64,000 nt of DNA, taken from assembly GCA_964230645.1 (NCBI GenBank), contig CAXRHT010000001.1, positions 192,001-256,000 of the forward strand, in the 5' to 3' direction. Shown one piece after another: positions 28,234 to 37,612 of this stretch. Both the position numbers and the translations under genes were made by a program. The notes beneath the pieces are model-generated. The model saw only the letters and a list, made by a program, of their open reading frames with translations, had not been told where the DNA came from and made no database searches. Each line of letters starts with the position of its first letter. The stretch's first letter is position 1. The DNA comes from Bdellovibrionales bacterium (lineage in GTDB: Bacteria > Bdellovibrionota > Bdellovibrionia > Bdellovibrionales > JAGQZY01).

Positions 28234-29316
28234 TCAGAGATTATCAAATATCTCTTGCGGCTCTTCATTGATCACCATATGCCCAGCACCTTCGACTTCG
28301 ACAAGGCGGGCATTGAGTCCACGATCCAGAAGAAGGTTAAAGAACTCCAATTCCATTTCTCGGGGCACAAGTTGATCATTTTCGCCAAGGATTAGTTGAA
28401 AATCAATTTGAGACGGTAAATCATCAACAACATCGCGACCGTCGAAAGAGCGAATTCCCTTTGTGATCTTAATGGCTGCTGCCACATGCTGTTCGATCAC
28501 ATAATTTCTTGTCTGGCGTCTTTCACGCCTTTGGCTGGATTCCTTAATATTTCGGATTGTGACTTCACTCAACTCTGGAACTCTTTGGTTAAGAAGCTTC
28601 TTAAAATGCTTGGTGTACATCTTAGTCATAAAAAGATCGGTCATAGGATCCGTAGTAAAAGCCTCCATACGGGCCTTGAATCGATCCGTGATAAAACTTT
28701 GCATCACTCTTAAAAAAGGTAGGCCTCCCATATAAAAAATCGTGTTCTCGGCCTTATAACCATCAATCCGATAAACATAGGGGGCAATCACAGTAAGTTT
28801 AGAGCTAATCAAGTTTTTCCCAAAAGGATGGGTGGCAATACTGGTTGCAATCCCTCCTCCATAAGAGTGGCCCGTTACTTGTGGGTTTCGTATGCCATAA
28901 TCTTGCCTCAATCGCTTAAGCACTTGAATTACATCAGACACGTTAAGACGATAATTATCTCTAGTATCAAGAAGCTTCATTCCCAACTGATAATCTTTAG
29001 CAAGTGTTCGAGCATGGCCATGAAGGTCTACTCGAATGACCCCTTCTCCATTTTCTAGAGCTTTTTTTGCAACAGCTTCCCAGCCAATATGGCTATCCAT
29101 TAAGCCGTGAATCAGGAAATGCCACTTTTTTGGCTCTTGACCATTTGGAGGTTTCTCGATCTTGACGAACATTGAGCGATTAAGACGTTTATGGGTTGTT
29201 ATATAGCCTTCAAATAAGACGTGCGAGGGGTTGCTGAATAGTTCCGAGCAAACAGGGGCCCCTTGAGATTGAGAACAAACGAGAATAAGAGAAAACAGAA
29301 AAATAAGATTCCGCAT
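28234..29316 (-). CDS. Alpha/beta hydrolase, secreted
   Basis: IHGL, DLHGHA, nucleophile elbow GHSYGG, GENDQLVP and GAGH. Confidence 0.88.
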   Translation of the reverse strand: MRNLIFLFSLILVCSQSQGAPVCSELFSNPSHVLFEGYITTHKRLNRSMFVKIEKPPNGQEPKKWHFLIHGLMDSHIGWEAVAKKALENGEGVIRVDLHGHARTLAKDYQLGMKLLDTRDNYRLNVSDVIQVLKRLRQDYGIRNPQVTGHSYGGGIATSIATHPFGKNLISSKLTVIAPYVYRIDGYKAENTIFYMGGLPFLRVMQSFITDRFKARMEAFTTDPMTDLFMTKMYTKHFKKLLNQRVPELSEVTIRNIKESSQRRERRQTRNYVIEQHVAAAIKITKGIRSFDGRDVVDDLPSQIDFQLILGENDQLVPREMELEFFNLLLDRGLNARLVEVEGAGHMVINEEPQEIFDNL

Positions 29317-29464
29317 GACATTCTTAAATCGTTGCAAATGAGACTCCATCGTCAATCCTCGTCAGTTACTTTTAAGCCCCACCCACGAATAAGCAATGAA
29401 AAATTTTTCAATCAGGACGCAAAGAATGTCATGGATTGAAAAAGCTTGCCTTCAAGATTTGGTT

Positions 29465-30358
29465 TTATTTTTTAATACTGCCGACCGCATCGTGAGCATG
29501 AAGACTCTCGTAATGGTGGGTTTTGACTTGAAAGTCCTTGAGAAAATCAAGCTGATTAAGACTATGCTTCATATTGCGAAGAGCGTCCTCAACAAACATG
29601 CTGTTCTCACCGTTAAGACGAGCAAATTCCTGCTCGTCTTCTCTTTTCACCGCACTTTGCACAGGGGTCTTTAGGCCTTCTTCCACAGCATCAATCATTT
29701 CTTTGATCGGGAAGTTTGTCACATTTTCTTTAAACTCGACAGTAATGTCCGCACGACTTCGCTGTGAATGAGGAGCTGCTATGCGAGACTCACCCAGCCA
29801 ATCAAAGACTTTTTTGAAGCTCATATTGTCTTCACAGAACTCCTTAGCAAAGGCTTTCTGATAGAGTTGCCGAGCCAAAGCCGCGGAACACGGACATGCG
29901 CTGGAATAAAAAAGAGAGAACTTCAATTCAAAACGGCATTGATCATCGGTCTGAACCGCTCTTAGCTCCACTGGATAATTTTTCCAGCCTTTATTATCAC
30001 TAAGAAGGGCCTTTCTTGAGAGGAGTTCATCCCATCTCAAAACAAGGAGGCTCGCGCTGGCTAGGCCCTTTTGAGACTCAACAAACTGATTGAGTAGTTT
30101 TTTGACCTGCTCCATCTCAAGGCTTTTATTCTCTAGGCCTTCATGAAGAGCGAGATAAAGGCGAGACATATGGATGCCTTTGGCCTCGGCTTTGGCTAAA
30201 TTAACAAAAATATCGGCTTGAGCAGAGACCTGGCGGTTCCCCTCGACTTGTACAGGAATATAAATATTCTCCATACCGACCCACTGCAGATCGCTTTCGA
30301 ACTGGGACTTTTCACTCAATGCCACGTCGGGCAATTCTCTTTTCTGATTTGGATCCAT
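29465..30358 (-). CDS. folE2: GTP cyclohydrolase IB
   Basis: KGIHMSRLY, SSACPCSAAL, PHSQRS, VKREDEQEFA, FVEDALR and HYESLHAHDA. Confidence 0.95.
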   Translation of the reverse strand: MDPNQKRELPDVALSEKSQFESDLQWVGMENIYIPVQVEGNRQVSAQADIFVNLAKAEAKGIHMSRLYLALHEGLENKSLEMEQVKKLLNQFVESQKGLASASLLVLRWDELLSRKALLSDNKGWKNYPVELRAVQTDDQCRFELKFSLFYSSACPCSAALARQLYQKAFAKEFCEDNMSFKKVFDWLGESRIAAPHSQRSRADITVEFKENVTNFPIKEMIDAVEEGLKTPVQSAVKREDEQEFARLNGENSMFVEDALRNMKHSLNQLDFLKDFQVKTHHYESLHAHDAVGSIKK

Positions 30359-30745
30359 CAACATTCCTCGCTTTTAACAGAATTCCTTATAAAAACAATC
30401 CTCATTGCAAGAAATCCATAGGGTCTACAGGCTCTTAACGTCCCGCGTCTATTTTAAGAGCCACTGAAACGGGCTCTATATTGTGCCTCTTCTTAACAAA
30501 GGGCCCAATTGTGGGAAAGGCAAGCCTATGAGTAAAAAAAAAGGAAGTGTTTGTTCAACACTTCCTTTAAAACTAGCAACAAAGACCATCGTTATTGAGT
30601 TGGCAGAAATAAGTATGCCCATGTCGGGGAGTTCCAATCAAGAAAATCAGATCACGACGTGTGATATTAGGACCCCTGGTCTCTGGTCCAGGCCTCCAAG
30701 ATATAAGGTCTCAGGGCCTTAACCCTTTGATATACTTAGGATCTC

Positions 30746-31297
30746 ATGAACAAGATTGCACTTTCCCCTTTTTTAGCTTTTTTAAGTATTTTCTTCTTGT
30801 GCAGCCTAAGCCGCGCTCAGAGCAATACGACCACGAATACAAGTCAGAACACCACATTTTTAGGAGCAAAAACAGGCGCCCTCCTCCCCTCAGGAATAGA
30901 AGGGGTAAGGGAAACTCTCCCCATGTGGGGGTTGAAGTTTGGTCATGCGATCGGAGAGACCCTTTCACTGGAATACGATGTCGACGCCGCCAACGCCAAG
31001 GGTATCAATTATTATTTGGCCTATTTTAGTCTGCGCCATGATTTCACCATTGGTGATGCTCTTCCCCTATTTGCTTTGATCGGACTCGACGCCCACTACT
31101 TCAAAAGGAGAGACTCCTACGGGGAGATCACGGGGACACGCCGGGAGTATGATTTTCGCTTTTCCTCGGGTTGGCATTTAGGAGTTGGAACAGAAACAAA
31201 AGTATATGGAAACCTTTATGGCCGCGCTGATTTTCGCATGGGATTTAGTCCCGGCAGACAATTGGTGGTCACAATCGGAGGGGTTTACCGCTTCTAA
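30746..31297 (+). CDS. Outer-membrane beta-barrel protein (8-strand type)
   Basis: Signal peptide, amphipathic strands and C-terminal GGVYRF. Confidence 0.75.
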   Translation: MNKIALSPFLAFLSIFFLCSLSRAQSNTTTNTSQNTTFLGAKTGALLPSGIEGVRETLPMWGLKFGHAIGETLSLEYDVDAANAKGINYYLAYFSLRHDFTIGDALPLFALIGLDAHYFKRRDSYGEITGTRREYDFRFSSGWHLGVGTETKVYGNLYGRADFRMGFSPGRQLVVTIGGVYRF

Positions 31298-31312
31298 AGA
31301 AAGGATATCTTC

Positions 31313-32650
31313 ATGAGAAAAATCCACTTAGTCCTTATTTCCATGGTGTTTGCATCTCTCGCGCAGGCCAATGTGGTTGGAGTGGACGCACAAAACTTCA
31401 ACCCCACGAGTAACGGGATTGATTTTGTCACCGTTCAGTCCTCTGAGACTCTTGAACCAGGGATTTTAAACCTTGGACTCTTTTTCAACTACGCCATCAA
31501 TACCCTTCCTAACTATCAAAACACCACAACACAAACCAGAGATGAACCTAAAGACCAACTGGTCTCAATGGATACAAGCATTGGACTAGGGCTTACAAAA
31601 AATTGGGACATTGGCTTTACCGTGCCTCAAGTGGTTTGGCAGGACGTGGATGAAAATTCGACGGTCTTTCGAGGTCAGTTTGAAAATACCGGAGTGACTG
31701 AGTACCGTATAAATACCAAGTATCGTTTTTTCGGAGATGCTAATGGCGGCTTAGCCACGATCCTTACCATGAACTATTATGCTATTGAAAATTACCCTTT
31801 TACTGGGATCGATCCGGGGCCTACTTTTAATTTTGAACTGGCCTATGACTTCACCATCGACAACTTTAACATTGGAACCAATGTGGGCTATCGCCTTCGC
31901 AACCCCGGCACCCCTGTGGCCGGAGTTCCAGTTGAACCCTGGCCCAATGAGTTCTTGATTTCCGTGGCAGGAAGTTATCTTGTCAGTAGCATTGATACCA
32001 AATTCATTGCAGAGATTTTTAGTGGAATTCCCACAGAGGATGTTCAGTTCACAAGTGATCGAGAGCTCTCTTCGGCTGAGATGATTATTGGAGCCAAATG
32101 GGATGTCACCAATGACGTCGCTTTTCACCTTGGAGGCGGAACGGAACTTTACCATGGCTCAGCCTCCCCTGACTGGCGGGTCTACACGGGAATCAACTGG
32201 GCCATCGGACCTCTTTTTGGAACCCAGTATGAAACCTACACAGAGCCTGAAGTGGTTTTTATAGAAGATCTCGATTTTCAAAAAAGAGCCAATGGGGATG
32301 AAGTTTTTATCGCTAAAGATGTTCTTTTTGAATTCAATAGTGCTCGAGTCACCCCAGAGTTTCGTGCGACATTAAAAAAACTGGCGCGCTACCTAACCGG
32401 TGGTGAGGGCTTTGAAACTCTTCTTATTACAGGTCACACGGACAGTGTCGGAAGTATCGCCTATAACGATCGCTTAAGCTTAAAAAGGGCCCGCAGCGTG
32501 CGCCAAGAGCTTCTAGCTTACCTTCCTCCTAGCGAGCACGACAAGATCACAGCGCAAGGACGAGGGGAAAGAGACCCTATTGCTGACAACGGTAATTATC
32601 AGGGACGCGCTCTTAATCGAAGAGTGGAATTCAATTTACGTCGCCCCTAA
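31313..32650 (+). CDS. OmpA family protein with large N-terminal beta-barrel
   Basis: C-terminal VLFEFNS, ITGHTDSVG...NDRLSLKRA and NRRVEF; barrel ends PDWRVYTGINW. Confidence 0.9.
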   Translation: MRKIHLVLISMVFASLAQANVVGVDAQNFNPTSNGIDFVTVQSSETLEPGILNLGLFFNYAINTLPNYQNTTTQTRDEPKDQLVSMDTSIGLGLTKNWDIGFTVPQVVWQDVDENSTVFRGQFENTGVTEYRINTKYRFFGDANGGLATILTMNYYAIENYPFTGIDPGPTFNFELAYDFTIDNFNIGTNVGYRLRNPGTPVAGVPVEPWPNEFLISVAGSYLVSSIDTKFIAEIFSGIPTEDVQFTSDRELSSAEMIIGAKWDVTNDVAFHLGGGTELYHGSASPDWRVYTGINWAIGPLFGTQYETYTEPEVVFIEDLDFQKRANGDEVFIAKDVLFEFNSARVTPEFRATLKKLARYLTGGEGFETLLITGHTDSVGSIAYNDRLSLKRARSVRQELLAYLPPSEHDKITAQGRGERDPIADNGNYQGRALNRRVEFNLRRP

Positions 32651-32659
32651 ATCTCTGCT

Positions 32660-32681
32660 TGCGACACCAATCGGTGTCGCA
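32660..32681. repeat. Short palindrome / possible terminator
   Basis: TGCGACACC-AATC-GGTGTCGCA just after the OmpA stop, with no T-tail. Confidence 0.55.
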
Positions 32682-32958
32682 GTGCTCTAAGTGACAGCGA
32701 TCTAAAATAAATAACCTTATTTCCTTTTCATTTTTACCATCGTGCTTTTGAAATCTTTTTAATGGCAGGCCTTTGAAAATTTTAAATGAGGCTAGAAAGC
32801 TCCCCTAAGCTCAAACACCGTCTTTTAAGAGATAACAAAAGAATTTTTTATAGCGCTCATTTCAAAGCATTATTTGCCTTTCAAGCCGCTAGACGCGATC
32901 ACTCTTCTAAGGGACAACAAACAAACATCTATAAACGAACAACAGGGGGGGGGATTTC

Positions 32959-33441
32959 ATGACCCAATTCTTTAAATTAACTGTGGTCATTTTTCTTCTC
33001 ACACCTCTAACAGCACAGGGTTCCAACGAGACCAGTTTTAGTGCCGAAGAGCTACAACAGCTCTCCCCTTTTGATCCCTCTGTGCAGGAAAAGGTTCTCT
33101 CGGATGTGATTCGATTGATGGACCATCAAAAAGATAATGAAAAAGAAATACCGCCTGTACGCGTCTCAGAATCTGTGAGTGAGGAAGAAACCGAAGTGAT
33201 CGCAGCTTGTGAACACCAAGGAATGCCGGGATGGGCCCTAGCTAAGGGAATTAATATTTATCTCTTCAAGCTCAATATGATTCTCCTTGGCTCCGAAATG
33301 AAACTTCATAACCTAGCCCATGAGTACGCCCACTACGTTCAGTTGAAGTATGATCAAATGGACGAGCGAGAATTCAGTTTGGATTATCCGGAACAAGAGG
33401 CCGTTTATATTCAAAACTATTTTCGTGAGCCCTTTAACTAG
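32959..33441 (+). CDS. Secreted hypothetical protein with HExxH zinc-metallopeptidase motif
   Basis: Signal peptide; LAHEYAHYVQ with downstream EQEA. Confidence 0.7.
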   Translation: MTQFFKLTVVIFLLTPLTAQGSNETSFSAEELQQLSPFDPSVQEKVLSDVIRLMDHQKDNEKEIPPVRVSESVSEEETEVIAACEHQGMPGWALAKGINIYLFKLNMILLGSEMKLHNLAHEYAHYVQLKYDQMDEREFSLDYPEQEAVYIQNYFREPFN

Positions 33442-33452
33442 GATCAGTCTCA

Positions 33453-34145
33453 GTGAAGTTTCTTTTTTTTATCACTCTTTTTGCTGTAGCTAATCCCGTT
33501 TGGGCCTCACAAGCCGACCCTCTGCGCACTTCGCAAATGCCTAGGCTTAAAGATGGGGTTTTAAAAATATCAGGCCCCATTGATTCTCACATCTACGATG
33601 CTCTAGCTTATATGCAAGCCGATCTGACCTCCGAGGTTGTCGTGGAATTGAACTCTTGGGGTGGTTCTACGGATTGGGCTTTAGAAATTGCTCGTAAGAT
33701 TCGATCGTTGGGCTTGGACACCTCTCTTCCAGAGGGACATGTCTGTGCAAGCGCTTGTGTTTATCTTTTTTCAGCCGGTAAAAAACGCTTTGCTGCCTCC
33801 TCAACCTGGTTTGGTATTCACGGTGCAAGGCTTGGAAAAGGTTTCCTAGTGGAATTTCAAAGCACTTGCTTTGAACAAGACGCAAAGGCCCAGTGGCTTT
33901 TCAATCAAGAAAAAAAGAATTGCTCTGAAGTGATTGAAAAATGGGAGGCTATCGCTATGGACTCCACTTTAGAGTCTTTTGCCTTCCTTGAGGCCGGCGG
34001 TGTTTCTAGCCAGTTAAGAACGGACTACCTCTCTATGGAAGAAGATCCCAACTGGCCCCTACAAGGGAACATCATAAAAATCAGAGATTGGAAGTTACAA
34101 ACCTTACAAGCACTCGAGTACAACCTAGTGACCGATATCTTATAA
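33453..34145 (+). CDS. Secreted ClpP/crotonase-fold protein
   Basis: ISGPID, LNSWGG, CASAC and FGIHG. Confidence 0.7.
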   Translation: MKFLFFITLFAVANPVWASQADPLRTSQMPRLKDGVLKISGPIDSHIYDALAYMQADLTSEVVVELNSWGGSTDWALEIARKIRSLGLDTSLPEGHVCASACVYLFSAGKKRFAASSTWFGIHGARLGKGFLVEFQSTCFEQDAKAQWLFNQEKKNCSEVIEKWEAIAMDSTLESFAFLEAGGVSSQLRTDYLSMEEDPNWPLQGNIIKIRDWKLQTLQALEYNLVTDIL

Positions 34146-34760
34146 AAAATCTCTAAGAAGCCCGCCCATTTCCCCAGAGAAAAAGATGGCCCAGTAATAA
34201 AGTACAAAACGAGGCACGCGCACAAGGGCTGCGATCAGAAAAGTTTTAAATGGAAGTTTAAATATGCCAGCGAGCCAACAGGTCAGAGAAAAAGGCAGTG
34301 GTGTTAGTGCTCCGATGACCACCATCCAAAAACCAAATTTTTTAACCGAACCTTTGTGTTCTCTTTTAAAGCTCTCGATAAAGCGATGAAGGATTTTAAG
34401 ATGCTCTAGTTTTTGTCCGATCAACCAACCGCACAAACCCGCTGCCGTGGATATTAACCCTAAGAGAGGGACCCAAATCATCCACTCTTGGTGAAGCGCA
34501 CTTTTTCCAATGAAGAAGAGAGCCGCGTCAGGAGGAATGGGAGAAATCAATAGGTCGGCCACAAAAACGCAGACTCCGATTCCCCAGAATCCAAAATTTT
34601 CAGTGAGCCAAGTCGCTGTGGCTCTTATTTGAGGCTCGAAACTTAAGGCGAGAAAGAAAATCAGCCCCACAAGGACAGTCAAAAACACCAATCCACGTAA
34701 CAACTGCTTTCGAAAGATTCGCTTTAATTCAGGGTTTTCCAGGTCTCTCAATTCAGTCAC
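34140..34760 (-). CDS. DedA/YqaA (VTT domain) membrane protein
   Basis: SPIPPD, GALTPLPFS...AG and RVPRF; probable GTG start at 34760. Confidence 0.85.
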   Translation of the reverse strand: MTELRDLENPELKRIFRKQLLRGLVFLTVLVGLIFFLALSFEPQIRATATWLTENFGFWGIGVCVFVADLLISPIPPDAALFFIGKSALHQEWMIWVPLLGLISTAAGLCGWLIGQKLEHLKILHRFIESFKREHKGSVKKFGFWMVVIGALTPLPFSLTCWLAGIFKLPFKTFLIAALVRVPRFVLYYWAIFFSGEMGGLLRDFL

Positions 34761-34980
34761 TTGTCGCTTGCTCCCACGCCCAGGTCTTAACTTTAATGCT
34801 CTTAAAAAGCTATCCTCAAAGTGACAAATTTTGTACTGAGTAAGTCTTACAACGACCATTTTCGGCACCAAAGCCTCGTAGAGTCTAGCGATCTCCTGTT
34901 ATTTCAGTGATTTAAACCCTCTCTCATTTTGGGACACTCTTTGCACTAGTAATGGGTATTAAAGTACTAGGAGGAAATCC

Positions 34981-35538
34981 ATGAATACCCCAAGCTTACT
35001 CCCAAGAGGGTTAGTTTTGGTTTTTGCTATACTGACTTTCAACCTACTGGCTTGTCACAATGCAAGCTTCGAGGCTGTGGGTCCGAACGATCAAGGCCAA
35101 AACACTCTACAACCTCGCGGAGGAGATCTCACAGATGGGGCCAATGAGATTCACTACTTTGGAAATGATGATCCCATTTATTGGTCCAGTCGCGAAGACA
35201 ACATTTATAAAGACGATATTGATGACTGTATTATTGGCCTTTCACAAAGTGCCGACGATGACGAAGTTGAAAGAAGAATCAGGCAACTTGCTACAATCTT
35301 AAGTCGCTCCCAGGTGGGTCGTGGCTCAAGAGAGGAGCCCGCAGCCGGTTCTCGTTATCTAGTTATCTATTACACCGATGGCAACCGCCGCGTTTTTAAT
35401 CTTAATGGTCAGCACGCCTCTCGTAATGAAGAATTTCTCAGCAATGGAAATGAAGTCATTGCCTTTTATGACCAGATCGACGCTGATCTTGAGGCCTACG
35501 GTCAGAGATCCTGCCCTTACGGTAAAGGTGACAAATAA
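34981..35538 (+). CDS. Hypothetical lipoprotein
   Basis: AGGAGG RBS; lipobox LLAC. Confidence 0.75.
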   Translation: MNTPSLLPRGLVLVFAILTFNLLACHNASFEAVGPNDQGQNTLQPRGGDLTDGANEIHYFGNDDPIYWSSREDNIYKDDIDDCIIGLSQSADDDEVERRIRQLATILSRSQVGRGSREEPAAGSRYLVIYYTDGNRRVFNLNGQHASRNEEFLSNGNEVIAFYDQIDADLEAYGQRSCPYGKGDK

Positions 35539-35572
35539 ATCTTAATAAAATTAAGTGGAACGTTAGCAGTTG

Positions 35573-35597
35573 GTGGGATCCCTAAAAGGGGTCCCAC
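35573..35597. terminator. Hairpin between convergent genes
   Basis: GTGGGATCCCT-AAA-AGGGGTCCCAC. Confidence 0.6.
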
Positions 35598-35621
35598 TGG
35601 CGTTTTTACAGTAAACTCGCA

Positions 35622-37397
35622 CTACTCAATCAGAATATCAAAAGGAAGTCTTGTCTTAAAGCTTTCTTGAATCGACTTTTTCTTAGCACTCAGAGCATTT
35701 CTTAAACTCTCAGGTAAAATCTGATTAAGCAAAGAGACCGAAACTCCCCCCATTTGTTTTAAAATGGCTTGAAAGGGCGAGAGCGGTTTCGGGTAAATAA
35801 CCACATCATAATCTTCAAGCTTGGCCAACTCCGCAGCTTTTAAAACCGCTTCGTTCAGACCTCCCATCTCATCGACAAGTCCTTTTTCAAGAGCATCCTT
35901 ACCAATCCACACTCGTCCTTGCGCCACTTCGTGAGTTTGTTCAATAGTTTCAAAGCTCGTGCGGCCATTGGTCACCACTGTCAAAAAGTCTTCATAAACC
36001 TGCTCGACAACATTCTGAACCTTTTGTCTTTCCTCTAAATCCACAGGACGCACAAGGGCATTTAAATCGGAAAAGCGGTGAGACTTATAAGTATCAAAGG
36101 TCATTCCCACTTTTTTATTCCAAAAATCTTTTGTGGCAAAACGAAGCCCAAAAACACCAATGGAGCCGGTAATGGTCGAGGGTTCTGCAAATATATACTG
36201 GCTTCCCGCTGAAATATAATAGCCTCCACTGGCGGCTACATTTCCGAAAGACGTCACAAAAGGTTTGGCGTCTTTTAACCACTGAGTGGAGGTCCAAATC
36301 ACATCAGATGCCAAAGCGGATCCTCCAGGGCTATTCACTCGCATCACAACAGCCTTCACTTCCTCTTCGCGCCGAATTTCCGTTAAAATTTCCGTGAGCT
36401 TTCTTGAGGAAATCCCCTCACCATCGGTTTCCTCTGTGGCAATACCACCTTCAGCAAAAACCACGGCGATTTTATTCTCTGAGCGCGCAACACGTGAATC
36501 CTTGTATTCCCGATAATACTTTCTCCAAGGTACGTATTTGGTCTTTTCTTCGGCTCCCGAGAGTTCTTTTAACTTCTCATCGACTTCCTCTTGGGAAGCT
36601 AACAGGTTTACAAACCCAGCCTTAAGCGCATCGGAGGCATACATGACAGAAAGCTCATCAGCCATCTCGTTCAAAGTCTCCACACTATTGTTGGATTTCT
36701 CAGAGGCGTATTTAAGAAGTTGATCCCAACTGCCTTGCACAAGAGCGCTAATCTGCTCGCGACTTGATTCACTCATTTCCTCATTAATAAAAGGCTCAAT
36801 GGCTGATTTGTATTTCCCCACTCGAAAAACTTGCGGCTCAACATCTAATTTTTTTGCCGTATTCTTTAAAAAGCTAAGCTTGGAAAAGAGACCATCCCAT
36901 TCAAAAAATCCTTTAGGGTAAAGAATAATTTCATCACTGGCTGAGGCCACAAGGTAATCCATCTCCGAATAGGCTTCTGCGTAAGAAATCAAAAACTTCC
37001 CTGATTTCTTAAAGCGAACAAGCTCACGGCGAAGCCCCTCGGCATTGGCCATTGCGGTCATCAGATTATCAAAACGGAGAATCACTCCTTGAATACGATC
37101 ATCTTTAGCGGCTTGTTGTAAAACCAAGGAAATTTCATAAAGCCCACTGACGGGCGGTTCATCGTAATTAACAATAGATGAGAAAATATCCCGCCGACTC
37201 ACATGATCTTTGAGTGGGCCATCAAAGGTGATTTCAAGAACGGAATTGTTCTCAATCCCCAACATCTCAGGCTCCCACTCGCTTGTGGTCGAAGATGCCA
37301 TAATGGCAATAAACATCATCAGCCCAAAAAACATCAAACTAAAAGCCAAAGTCGTCCCCATCATCGACGCCATAACAACTTTAAAAAACTGCTTCAA
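35622..37397 (-). CDS. sppA: Signal peptide peptidase SppA (67K type)
   Basis: RVGKYKSAIEPF, RVNSPGGSALAS, AASGGYY, TGSIGVFG and QGRVWIG; TTG start after AGGAGG. Confidence 0.95.
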   Translation of the reverse strand: MKQFFKVVMASMMGTTLAFSLMFFGLMMFIAIMASSTTSEWEPEMLGIENNSVLEITFDGPLKDHVSRRDIFSSIVNYDEPPVSGLYEISLVLQQAAKDDRIQGVILRFDNLMTAMANAEGLRRELVRFKKSGKFLISYAEAYSEMDYLVASASDEIILYPKGFFEWDGLFSKLSFLKNTAKKLDVEPQVFRVGKYKSAIEPFINEEMSESSREQISALVQGSWDQLLKYASEKSNNSVETLNEMADELSVMYASDALKAGFVNLLASQEEVDEKLKELSGAEEKTKYVPWRKYYREYKDSRVARSENKIAVVFAEGGIATEETDGEGISSRKLTEILTEIRREEEVKAVVMRVNSPGGSALASDVIWTSTQWLKDAKPFVTSFGNVAASGGYYISAGSQYIFAEPSTITGSIGVFGLRFATKDFWNKKVGMTFDTYKSHRFSDLNALVRPVDLEERQKVQNVVEQVYEDFLTVVTNGRTSFETIEQTHEVAQGRVWIGKDALEKGLVDEMGGLNEAVLKAAELAKLEDYDVVIYPKPLSPFQAILKQMGGVSVSLLNQILPESLRNALSAKKKSIQESFKTRLPFDILIE

Positions 37398-37427
37398 AAC
37401 TCCTCCTACGAACCTTCTCAAAAAAGA

Positions 37428-37605
37428 CTGGCCTGTGCCTTCCGTAGGAAACAATTAGAATGTCTTTGAGTACAGGCTCGAGCAGCGAGCATTGCGTATC
37501 TTGGAGCGCGACATGCAATGGCGCGATCCGGGAGACGAAATGCACCCGCATGCGTGCCTGTGCTCAAAGACATTCTAATTGTTTCCTACGGAAGGCACAG
37601 GACAG
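37428..37605. repeat. Long palindromic (MITE/REPIN-like) intergenic element
   Basis: 46-bp inverted arms at 37432-37477 and 37556-37601 with 1 mismatch, plus an inner ~22-bp imperfect stem. Confidence 0.9.
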
Positions 37606-37612
37606 GCCACAA

